From Paramoeba atlantica (lineage: Eukaryota; Protista; Discosea): a DNA stretch of 64,000 nucleotides. Below are positions 10,601-20,030 of the stretch, piece after piece. The translations under genes and the position numbers were made by a program. Where the stretch lies: positions 620,001-684,000 of the forward strand of contig CDRNVI010000039.1 of NCBI GenBank assembly GCA_977017575.1. The letters run 5' to 3'. A model generated the notes under the pieces. The model did no database searches. It had not been told where the DNA came from and saw nothing but the letters and a program-made list of their open reading frames with translations. How positions within the stretch are numbered: the first letter of the stretch is position 1; every line of letters begins with the position of its first letter.

Positions 10601-11226
10601 AAAAATTGGACAATTACATCAGCATCGGTAAGTGGTAGCAACAGAGGTATTTCTTTACCGCAGTCCTTTTCATCGCTCTCTAAAACTTTTACCTTTTTTG
10701 CAAATTGCAATTTTAATTCTTCCATATCGCTCATCAAATTCAATTTGCGAAAGCACAACATTTTATCAAGAAAGGATTCCTTTGCAAATGCCTCGCTTGA
10801 AGGCTCACTCGTTTTCGAAATACTCATGGTTGCATCATCCTTCATTAAGTTTCGACATGGAACAAACATTCCGCATTGTTTTATCGCATCTTTTCTTGTT
10901 CTAGTGAGTTCAACAACGTATGGTGCGAGGAAATGCGAACGAGGAACGCTGTAAGCAGTGGACACGAGTAAGTTTTTGCATTCTTTTTGCGACCCCTGCA
11001 CTTGCTGCGTACTCTTAATTTCTCCACCACTTTTGTTGATTTCCGTCTTAGGCGCGTCGACTTCGGCAGATTTTTTCTGCTTAGCAATTCCGTGTTGGAC
11101 GCAAAATCTCTGGAGTAATTCGTCAGTCATTCCCGACTTATAGACGCTGCGATGCACCGACTTCATCAGTTCTTTGTAGGAAGCAAATATAAAGAATGGT
11201 TCTCCTAAAAGTGTCTTAGAATGCAT
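7621..11226 (-). CDS. Family-A DNA polymerase I-like protein (kinetoplastid mitochondrial PolI type): intact 3'-5' exonuclease, degenerate polymerase domain
   Basis: Exo I LILDLETT, Exo II GHNIKFD, WDTLYAEYLL, Exo III YLAGD, then MDFLLAACEAEYNG. Only vestiges of polymerase motifs A and C remain. Confidence 0.8.
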   Translation of the reverse strand: MHSKTLLGEPFFIFASYKELMKSVHRSVYKSGMTDELLQRFCVQHGIAKQKKSAEVDAPKTEINKSGGEIKSTQQVQGSQKECKNLLVSTAYSVPRSHFLAPYVVELTRTRKDAIKQCGMFVPCRNLMKDDATMSISKTSEPSSEAFAKESFLDKMLCFRKLNLMSDMEELKLQFAKKVKVLESDEKDCGKEIPLLLPLTDADVIVQFLLKCKVRDLLQVLYANDTTSGKVCTSSVLKTDNNPPTVSYVLLGRSVKSILFDYLRKQRGYSLLKFSENGNQLEKCDTGVNFCEKSGQSGSENDEFLKKYCSKFGIKTCNVTTAMSHTFTHFGNRYQNWWQHIWAVADVPVEVYFVEAVCTVPRVKGNDTASPNLLIQGNRLAHVSTKTHIVALNLHTYERTKAMSMAEFPRMIRSRTSQPILLVTAAYKSSLCNTLRQCCGVRVQVLDVYEDATVMLCRSAASEEDIFFQVFGNEIKESTRQLNWDALLELFASKACDGTGGSLQLLNRIKAYSYWKRDELTYLNKLKKGKSSTDAESSEGKSIAQTFGVQTIGKQAFYPADYVNVQRWDSVCRSTLMSQKHEESTVRDKYSKYLILDLETTAHKMHGRVANCFSDKNRVVLPGLLDYKGMLSIPSEGYQTSAEMQLPDLAQFTVIIGHNIKFDLLYLWKQPTLQQFFERGGKVWDTLYAEYLLTGQKVRIGRGAGLDVVAPMYGGTRKIDHVKEAWKKGLDTSDIPVEILAEYLAGDLKNTEILFENQIKKAVEMGSLTMLHERMDFLLAACEAEYNGLMTVPIFQAPETDAAPDDTPIEESCERNSSPTVIKDAPTNKKEDFFSFGEYTHENGVIRPECIAAMSYSSKVMIALGRPFGLQNVQRLVKPETFYEVTITNQALKYTEHHATFDADCDRKLVSHFCISGKAASDLKNASGSLLQFEWKNLEQICFAYLFDLIKWDDSQVLCTTVDSSKSKEELFRRMCKCSAHILDESIQVSNQMSTPDSCFLYQGRVLLPFGAHVTVEENKFFANRNLTSSIVSNFDLSALATAPVSCFAAAVVQSSCAKVFAHLKKNYSGDRSLLENSTSNTEDKASYFWKKLFRKKESCKSKRALLVLVGPTSLWLDVDTTDDTEVRDDLIREVSNLMQSALQDYVNAFVAAPGTKCVTNENKVQNTPKLDVEVISIPCKGVYLQRKTNSGEEPLIKETC

Positions 11227-11384
11227 TCAAGGTGTATTCTGATGTTTCCATAATTAAAATATTAAAACATTTTTTATCAGGAAGAGTCATCCTTATTCAC
11301 CGGAAATCTGATGATCGCAGATCAGTATAGATAACCCCTAACTTAATAAGTTACGCACGGGGTGCTTAAAAATCATGAAATTAC

Positions 11385-11425
11385 TGTATCATGAAATTAC
11401 TGTATCATGAAACTACTGTACTGTA
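11385..11425. repeat. 16-bp tandem repeat (ATGAAATTACTGTATC) x~3
   Basis: Read directly, just upstream of the Merlin fragment. Confidence 0.8.
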
Positions 11426-11487
11426 TCAGGAGGGGACAGAAATAGTTAAAAATTAAAGCATCGATGTAATTGATAAAGGGTTTATCA

Positions 11488-11800
11488 AACTTTACGCAAT
11501 TTCATACTTCCGCACTTGGAGAGTGCGCGGTCATTGGTTGCCTCTGATGCGTGGCGTGGTTACTCGGGGATGGGACAGTTCTGTCGTCACTTTGCGGTGA
11601 ACCATTCCAAAGAGTTCGTTGAGCTCCATGGTTACCACACTAACCATGCGGAATGTGTCCACCGAATTATAAAAGACTGGACTAGACGCCAGTATTATGA
11701 TTTCTGTGCTTCTGCCCAGGGCCTTTAGCGCAACATCGCCCTTCAATGCGTCAAATTCGGAGAGGTCCATAATGAGCGTGGCAAAACCGCTTTCGCAACA
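11488..11800 (+). pseudogene. Merlin/ISXO2 (IS1595-like) DDE transposase fragment
   Basis: TLRNFILPHLESARSLVASDAWRGYSGM...HFAVNHSKEFV...HTNHAECVHRIIK matches the ISXO2 SDxWxxY / VNHS / HTNxxE signature. Truncated and contains stops. Confidence 0.8.
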
Positions 11801-12164
11801 TGCTCCAGGGCATTGTGGAGCATTTCGGCAAGTCTCCCATCATTTTTGAGAAAAGCGACAGTGAGAACGAGCCTACGGATTCGAAAATATAAGTTAACGA
11901 ATAATTTCAGATCATAGCGCAATGAAAATTCGTATCCTCGGACGCTTTTTTCATTCACGTTTCTACTCAGCCTTACCTATTTTTTTATCTAAAATTCATG
12001 TCTCCAGCTTGTGACCACCGCCAAGTCCGAAGAAAGTGTCAGAATCTTCCCCAAAGCAAAGTAAAACACCTTCGATGATTCTGTGTCCCTTCGACGATTT
12101 CCGTTTTGACACGCGGGCACCTTGATGACCACTCAGGGGAAGTGCCCTCATACCCCCTTTTTGG

Positions 12165-12520
12165 TCACCCCAAAATTTTCGGAAAATTTCACCTTGTCGG
12201 ACCCCTCCTGTGCGTACCAGGGGGGGATCACCCCGAGGTGGGGAGGGGTGGAAAATCATTGCCGCGGCGTACTCTACCACTTCCCTGCGATCGATTTTGA
12301 AAAGCAAAAAAATCGAAAAAAACTTGCGACGTATGCCCTCCCCCATGGACCCCACCTAGACCCCCCATTTTTTTATTTTTTTTTCAGTTTTGGACCACCG
12401 GGGCCCCCTTTTACATTTTTTTATTCGAATATATTACTGAGTTCCTCTTTATATTTTCACTGTTTTTGTTCACTTTTTCAATAATCGAGGGTAGAGCGGT
12501 AGTTATACAACCACCACAAC
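12165..12520 (+). repeat. Dispersed GC/T-run module, copy 1 (also 37775-38135 forward and 29692-29930 inverted)
   Basis: Shared blocks GGGGTGGAAAAT, GGACCCCCCATTTTTT, TTCAGTTTTGG(A/T)CCACCGG and TTCACTGTTTTTGTTCACTTTTT...ATAATCGAG(G/T)GTAGAGCGGTAGTT. Confidence 0.85.
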
Positions 12521-13409
12521 AAATTACTTATGAGCGCAGTAGTAAATAGGGAGGCGGTAATATAGGGCAGCGAGGGAGTAGTATCTCCCTCAACAAGGAA
12601 GCCAATGCCAACATGGAAGTTGTTGAGGAAGACGTATCTAAAAAAGTGTATTCTACTGACGATATACAGAACTCCTGGCACCAACCAAACATTGGTGATG
12701 AAAATTCAACGGATCCTTTTTTTTACAGTGTCTCTGTGTCCTTTTTACCTCTAATCCCCTTTACCTAGAGGTTTTGGCCATAAAAGAAGGGCAATATTGT
12801 GAGGGTTGGTAGTCCTAATCTGGGCTTACCCAGAGAGGGTTCACCAACCCGTCATTATCACGGCGGTTCAATGAATGAAGCCGAGCACACCATCATTCTC
12901 AGAATATTTATTCAGACGTTTATTATTCGGACGGCAACCCCACATATACACACGTTTAAACCACCAGAACTATACAGAACTGTACTACTAGTCTCTACTA
13001 GTCAACTAGTCTCTACTTGTATTACTAGGAATCTATACTGAATTAGCATTCTTACTACTCTTACTAGTGGAACTACTCTAGGAAAGGCCGCTCCATTAAA
13101 ACCTAGAAACCCTCCACTAAACGAGTAACTACGACTCAATAGCACTGGTCATTTAGGGTTCCACTAATTTACGCATCATCAATGATGCAGGGATACCACA
13201 CTTACAAAAAGTATGGCGTATCCAAAACGTAATAATAAAAGCGAGTCAGAGTCCACACGTGGAACTGTAGCCATCCAGACCGACACTGTATCCAACTGCC
13301 GTCACACGCTCCATTGCAATTCCACGAGAGGCAGTACCCTACTACCGGTCATATTCTGTATCAAACGCCACATTCCCTATCAAATCAACGCGACTGATTC
13401 AACGCTACA

Positions 13410-14530
13410 TGCGGATCTACACTCCATGCGAGCGGTTCGACGCTGCATCAAACAGCGGATCTACGCTCCATCAAATCAGCATGAGTGGCTCGACGCTGCA
13501 GAAACAGCGAGAACCTACACTGCATGCGAGCGGTTCGACGCTGTATCAAACAGCGGATCTACGCTCCTATAAATCAGCATGAGTGGCTCGACGCTGCTAA
13601 AACAGCGGCTCCACACTCCATGCGAGCGGCTCCACGCTATATCAAACAGCGGCTCCACGCTCCATCAAATCAGCATGAGTGGCTCCACGCTGCTAAAACA
13701 GCGGCTCCACACTCCATGCGAGCGGCTCCACGCTGTGTCAAACAGCGGCTCCACGCTCTATCAAATCAGCATGAGTGGCTCCACGCTGCTAAAACAGCGG
13801 CTCCACACTCCATGCGAGCGGCTCCACGCTATATCAAACAGCAGCTCCACGCTCCATCAAATCAGTATGAGTGGCTCGACGCTGCTAAAACAGCGGCTCC
13901 ACACTCCATGCGAGCGGCTCCACGCTATGTCAAACAGCGGCTCCACGCTCTAACAAATCAGTATAAGTGGCTCCACGCTGCTAAAACAGCGGCTCCACAC
14001 TCCATGCGAGCGGCTCCACGCTGTGTCAAACAGCGGCTCCACGCTCTATCAAATCAGCATGAGTGGCTCCACACTCCTAAAACAGCGGCTCCACACTCCA
14101 TGCGAGCGGCTCCACGCTGTGTCAAACAGCGGCTCCACGCTCCATCAAATCAGTATGAGTGGCTCGACGCTGCTAAAACAGCGGCTCCACACTCCATGCG
14201 AGCGGCTCCACGCTATGTCAAACAGCGGCTCCACGCTCTATCAAATCAGCATGAGTGGCTCCACGCTGCTAAAACAGCGGCTCCACACTCCATGCGAGCG
14301 GCTCCACGCTGTGTCAAACAGCGGCTCCACGCTCCATCAAATCAGTATGAGTGGCTCGACGCTGCTAAAGCAGCGGCTCCACACTCCATGCGAGCGGCTC
14401 CACGCTATGTCAAACAGCGGCTCCACGCTCTATCAAATCAGCATGAGTGGCTCCACGCTGCTAAAACAGCGGCTCCACACTCCATGAGCGGCTCCACGCT
14501 GTGTCAAACAGCGGCTCCACGCTCTATCGA
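13410..14530. repeat. 96-bp tandem satellite (~12 units), each made of four GCGGCTCCAC-core subunits (21+23+30+22 nt)
   Basis: ACTCCATG recurs at 13421, (13519), 13615, 13711, 13807, 13903, 13999, 14095, 14191, 14287, 14383 and 14479. Confidence 0.95.
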
Positions 14531-14719
14531 ATCTGCTTGAATTCCGCCGAATTAGTTTTCGGATTTTGGTGCAGGCCGGGTTTCAAGCCCGGTGTTGTCA
14601 AAACATTTTTTTTTGGCCTTCATGGTGCCTGGCCTGCCATGGCGCGTCTACTGCGCCGTGATAATGACGGGTTAGTGGACCCTCTCTGGGTAAGCCCAGA
14701 TTAGGACTACCAACCCGCA

Positions 14720-15563
14720 CATTATCATCACCTACGTATGCACCTAGGTACTGGTTCCAGGCCGGAGGGTGACAGGCATGCCTTTGGGGCTGTTGACTCT
14801 CTCTCTTTCTCTCTCTCTTTTGCTTGCTTCTCCCTCTCTCTCCCTCTCTGTTTCTTTCTTTTTTTCTCGTTCTCTCTTTCTTTCACCTTCTTTCTTTCTT
14901 TCTCCTTCGTTCTTTCTTTCTTTCTCCTTCTTTCTTTCTTTCTCCTTCGTTCTTTCTTTCTCCTTTCTTTCTCCTTCTTTCTTTCTTTCTCCTTTCTTTC
15001 TTTCACCTTCTTTCTTTCTTTCTTTCTTTCTCCTTATTTCTTTCTTTCTCCTTCTTTCTTTCTTTCTCATTCTTTCTATCATTCTTTCAGTCATTCGTTT
15101 CTTATTCATTCTTTTCTTCGCTCTTGCATTCATCCATTCATTCTCTCCATTGCTTTCTCGCTTTCCGTCACATTCTTTCTTTTCCTCGCTTCTTTCCCTT
15201 TCGTTTTTTCTCACTGTCTCCATCTTTTGCTATCTATCTCTCCCCTCCTTTCTTTTTTTCTTTCCTTCTCTCCTACTTTCATTCATTCATTCATTCATTT
15301 CTTCATTTTTTCTTTCCTTCGTTCATTCATTCCTTCATTCCTTCCTTCATTCCTTCTCTTCCTTGCTTTCTTGCTTTCCGTGTCTTTCTTTCTCTCCTTC
15401 CATTCTTTCAATGCGTAAACTTAAAGTTTGCGTCGTATAGCGGTTCTCCGCTCAATGGGTCCACCTATCTTCCTCACACTTCGCTTCAATGATACTAGGT
15501 ATCAACGAAGCGACGCCGGGCTTGGAACCGGTATCTAGCGTGTTTACGTAGGTGGTGATAATG
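14720..15563. repeat. ~620-bp C/T low-complexity tract (14793-15410) enclosed by ~46-bp imperfect inverted arms
   Basis: Left arm 14720-14765 CATTATCATCACCTACGTA...GGTTCCAGGCCGG; right arm 15516-15563 is its imperfect reverse complement. Confidence 0.85.
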
Positions 15564-15698
15564 CATAGACAAAGATTGATAAGATAAAAAAACTAGACTG
15601 AACTCTGAATTCGAAATCCATATCGTTAAATATCCGATTCAACGTGAAGTGTAGAATGCGTTTCTATGAGTGTATGCCTCCTGCACACTTATGGTAGT

Positions 15699-16271
15699 CT
15701 ACCACTGCATATACGGCACAGGATTTGATCGTATCTTTAGGCCCATGGAATATATGTCTTTTTTAGATAGCCATATGTGAGTGATTCCGGATGATCCTTC
15801 ACTGGTGTTCAGGTCCGTAAAAAGACCACTCGCAACTCCGTGGGCGTCTAACCGTTTTTGAGTAGATTTGGAAAAAAGGTTTCCATCTACATTAACATGA
15901 CCTCCACCCTGAACGCCAAGCGGTACAGTTTTAAGATAACGCTTTTGATGTCTATTAAACCCAAGATCAGAAAGGTGATATAATGCCAACTTATTTCGCA
16001 GTTTGGTGGCTTTTGTTTTACTTGTAATCTGCACGTTTGGTTTTGATTTAGAGGATAGCGAAGAAAATTTTGTAATACTAATAGACTGAATTTCGGTAGG
16101 TTGTAGATTTTCGGTAGGTTGTAGTTCTGTCGTACTAATCTGTGGTGCCAACATTGATGCACCATCGCTCTTTGTGAAATTGTCACTAACTGGAATATTT
16201 GAATCTTTGTTCTCCGCTTTAGTGAAAAGAACACATGTAGCTCGTAGAAGACTTCCTGCTATCGGATTCAT
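15699..16271 (-). CDS. Orphan 190-aa ORF inside the repeat island
   Basis: ATG-initiated ORF with no recognisable motif and a short internal duplication (ELQPTENLQPTE). Confidence 0.4.
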   Translation of the reverse strand: MNPIAGSLLRATCVLFTKAENKDSNIPVSDNFTKSDGASMLAPQISTTELQPTENLQPTEIQSISITKFSSLSSKSKPNVQITSKTKATKLRNKLALYHLSDLGFNRHQKRYLKTVPLGVQGGGHVNVDGNLFSKSTQKRLDAHGVASGLFTDLNTSEGSSGITHIWLSKKDIYSMGLKIRSNPVPYMQW

Positions 16272-16337
16272 AGGTAGAACAAATTAGATATACTAGGTTT
16301 TAATGCATAAATATTTATAATAAACCGCAAGTCGAAT

Positions 16338-16462
16338 CAATATCCTAATTCGGAATTAGGATATTAAGCTGAATTAGCATAATACTGAAGGCGAATTAGG
16401 ATATTAAGCTGAAAAAGGTCGAATTAGGATATTCATCCAACTTTGCTAGTATCCTAATTCAG
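16338..16462. repeat. Cluster of GAATTAGGATAT motifs including a perfect 13-bp palindrome
   Basis: AATATCCTAATTC-G-GAATTAGGATATT, plus two more direct copies and one inverted copy. Confidence 0.8.
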
Positions 16463-16865
16463 AAATTTTTTAAGAATAGGAAAAACAAATGTTCTGGATA
16501 TAGCATATTAAAGGCTTATTGCACCTCACTTCTTTCACTTCACTTCCTTCACTTAAACCGTCTGTCGGTTACCGTTTTAATTCGTATTCGAACGGTAATG
16601 TGCCATTTAAACGGTAATGTGCCTATCTAAACCGTAATGCGCAATAAACATTCTTTCTTCTGAAAATATATACGGTAATATTCAAGTTTTTTAAAAAGTA
16701 TTTTCTATAAACTCCTCTGTATACCCCCCCCTCCATAAGTAATTATAAATACGCCTTGAACTCGCACTTTTACTCCCTTATGACTTATAATTCCTATGTC
16801 TTTCATAAGTAATTATAAATGCAACTTCGACCGATTGGATTTTTTTTGTTTTAGGAAAAAGATCC

Positions 16866-16932
16866 TGTCACTACTTTCTTGTCACTACTTTCCTGTCACT
16901 ACTTTCCTGTCACTACTTTCCTGTCACTACTT
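16866..16932. repeat. 14-bp tandem repeat (CCTGTCACTACTTT) x~5
   Basis: Read directly. Confidence 0.9.
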
Positions 16933-17447
16933 AATGGACCTCATGCGTACTGCCACTGCAAGCCAGTGACAACTTGTGCAAGCCACAACGGCCATTTTTC
17001 TCGTGGACTTTACTTCGGTTGTTGTTAGACCATCAAAAAGGTAGGTTGAGAAAAAAGTTCTCTGGTTTCGCTCCATTTTCGAAATGAGTGAAAGTGAGCA
17101 CGCTCTGGATGAAACTCTTAAGTTCAATGAACTCGTTTTTGAGCACGAATGCGTTCTACGTCAAATAATTACAGACGCTCTAGAAACTCAATTTGGCAAA
17201 GTGATCAACAATATACGTTCCGAAGAATCACTAGAACATACACGCCTCATGAGCTTGATAACCTTACTGACGTAGGATTAGAACGATTATCTATTTGAAG
17301 CGCTTATTTGTGAAATTGTGATGGCAAGTATCTAATATAACAACTTTTACTCCCCTCCAGGTTCACCAGTTTCACATCCATAAGTAATTATAATTATAAT
17401 TACAATTATATATATTTTTCCCTCTCTCCCTAAACCCCATCGCCCAG

Positions 17448-20030
17448 CTAGCCTCGTACCCCGCGGCGGTACCAGTCTTGTACTGCCGCCTGTACAATCT
17501 GGGCATTACCTTTCTGGATGGCCACCCCTATGGCCATCAGAAGGTGGGACATGCATCCGTTCTTGTCGGATGTGTGGGCCCGGGCCACCTTGGTTAGGAA
17601 GTTCAAGGTCTCTGGGCCCGGGATCCCGTACGTGGTGAAGGCCAAGGGGTAAAATTCCATCCCTCAGGCGGTCGCCATCTCATCGTGTGAGCGCCGCTTC
17701 GGCCATCCTCAGGGTATGAGAAGGCTCTGCGGCCTCCTTCTCCACGTAGGACGGGGCCAGTGGGTTCACAACTGTGACATCAACTAGGGCGGTCTTCCGT
17801 CCCTGCTGGAAGCATATGTCGGGCCCCCGTCCATTGTCGAACCTCGGTTCGTGTAGGTCCGGTTTGAAACCATACTGCACAAGAAGGTTTCGAAAGGTTT
17901 CCTTGACCTCCTTGTGGCGGGAGGCCTGGGTTTTCCCCTTAACCTTCTTGCAATCCAGTGCGTGTACGCAAAACTCCTCATTGCGGAGGGTTGCACCGCA
18001 CACGCACTGGAGCTCAGGTTCCGAGGTGGGGGCGACCAAGTACCGGAGACGGGCCGCAGTCTCCCACTGCGGGTCCCGCATGTAATACTCCGGCCTGTTG
18101 GGCCATGCGTTCACCCACTTAGTGGAGTGAATGTTCTGGGTCTGTCGCGTGCAGACCAGTTGGGTAGCCGTCGGAGCTTTCCCCAACGCGGCTTCACAGA
18201 GGTTGCGCCGCTGTTCCTTGGCTGACATGCCTTGGGGTCGGCCCTGTAGGGCGTTCTTCGCCTTGGCCTGCATGTCTTCCGCCTTGTGCTCGAAGGGGAT
18301 GGTCCCCAGGAAATCTGCCGTGAAAAGGTTATTGGAGAACGGCGTTTTTCCCAAGGAGCCCATCCCCCCGAGCAAGGCCTCAGCACATGCCAGGACAGCT
18401 TTGTCGACCTGGGTATTGGCCACTTTAGTGACCGGGGGCTCGTGGGTCCTTACGATGCAGTTCCATCGAGGACTCTCACAGAGTCTTAAGAGGGGCAAGG
18501 CGCATTGCCTGCTAATGTCCTTGAGTTTCCCAGGAAGGACCTTGGGGGCCTTGGAAAGCACCCATTCTTCCTCCCTAGCCTCCGACACCCCGACGAAAGA
18601 CCCCAGTAGTTTGACCCCCCGAGGGAGTTGACCATGCGAGATCCGGAGAACTCGGAGAAGAGGTCCTCGCGTCTAGTAGCTACTTTGCATTTAGCGGTAT
18701 TTAGCCGCAGCCCAAGATGCTTCAGCTCCTCGCGGAGGGCCTCTAGGGCTTCCGCGCAAAACTTGGGTTCACCAGCAAAGGTGACGTCATCTAGGTACGC
18801 CCAGACCTTCAGCGCACCTGTGAAGTTGGCCGCCACTCTGGCGATTGCCCCCTGGATCCCTATGGCAAATAGGATGGGAGCCATGGGGTCACCTTGCTTG
18901 ACCCCCCTTGAGCTCGTGATGCATTGGCCTTCCCCAAGGTGAAGGGTACTTGTGGTACCGTAGCTGAAAAGGGTGATGCCCTCAATGGGGAAAAGTTTCG
19001 GATTCCCCCTTACCGCCCTAAAAATTGCCGACCGTGAGATGCTATTGAAAGCGTTCTCGAGGTCTGCAGCCACGATGACCTCCTTCGGCCTGTCCCTGAA
19101 GTGCTGTCGCACATTATAAATTATGTGCTCACACCCCTGCGTGTATTGGGCTCCAAACTAGATGCCCTGAAAGCAAGTGGGGAGATGTTCCCGGATTTTC
19201 TCCAGGGCAAGGAGCCCCGCCACCTTGAGGATGCACCCTCCCAGGGCGACGGGCCTGTAGGAAGAGTGGCGCCCCGCCGGGGAGTCCGGTTTGGTGAATA
19301 GTTTTAAAGACGCCCCCGTGAGCAGTTCCCTCATTGAGGGGGGGAGGGAGTTAGTCATTATCCCGTGGATTATCCACGTGATACAGTCGCGGGGTCCATC
19401 TTCCATGAGGATTGGGACAAGCAGTTCCTTGGTCCATCCCGTAGGTTCGGGGGCGCGGATAGGGGCCAGGCTTTGAGCCTTCCTGGCCACATCGGCGGGG
19501 GAGGGTAGGGTTCCGTGTCTGTCCCTATTGTACCTGAATTTCCCCGCAGTGTAGAGCCCGCCTGTGGGGTGTAGACGCTTAGCCTGTTCTAGGGCCGCCG
19601 TGGGGTTGGCCGGAGGATTGAGGGGCGCCTCCATCGTTTTGGCCGCCCTGGAGAAGCAACCCGCCCTGCACAATTCCTCGACCCGTTTTTTGACAGACCA
19701 CGGGGGGCCGTTGGCCTGACTCGGGGATGGAGCCAAGGTCTCCGAACCCTCTAGATGGGCACGCATTCTCAGTTCGCGCGCTAGCTGGCGTGGCGACAGC
19801 TTGTCCTTGGGGAGAAAAAGGAAACGTTTAACGGCGAGGAGGAGGTTCCAGGCCATCTCGACCTTGCCCTCCACTGACTTGTTAATAAAATCATGGCATA
19901 CACCGGCAGTGTATTCCTTCCAAGCCGGGTATTGGAGTGCGTACAGCTTACGTAAGGACCCCCTCCCAAGGAGCTCTGCTAAGTTTTCGGGGGAAGGGGC
20001 TTGTCCACGCTCCTCAACTGGAGCGCCCTG
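17448..20030 (-). pseudogene. RT / restriction-like endonuclease pol region of retroelement copy 1
   Basis: ORFs 19158-19874 and 18486-19112 share a frame, split by an in-frame TAG (IQFG to I*FG). There is a frameshift in the G-run at ~18615-18620 and a frameshift plus TGA at ~17665-17690. Confidence 0.9.

Noticed and set aside
13410-14530. CRISPR-like array
   Set aside because: The inter-core segments are themselves repeated with a fixed 96-bp period, there are no unique spacers or cas genes, and the context is eukaryotic.
13485-14540. 351-aa repetitive protein and its alternative frames
   Set aside because: These are open only because the 96-bp unit is a multiple of 3. They lie on the antisense strand and carry no protein-like signal.
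14560-14600. tRNA gene
   Set aside because: Only a T-arm-like hairpin with a non-canonical loop; no matching acceptor stem or D-arm.
14728-15492. Several F/L/S-rich or K/E/R-rich ORFs
   Set aside because: Artefacts of the CT low-complexity tract.
18590-18625. Programmed frameshift in the retroelement pol
   Set aside because: It falls in a G-run just after the RT core, with several other lesions nearby, so decay or a homopolymer error is simpler.
19158-19160. Stop-codon reassignment (Blastocrithidia-like code) suggested by the in-frame TAG in RT
   Set aside because: Host genes have no internal stops and end normally. CAG-to-TAG is one transition in an element that also has frameshifts.
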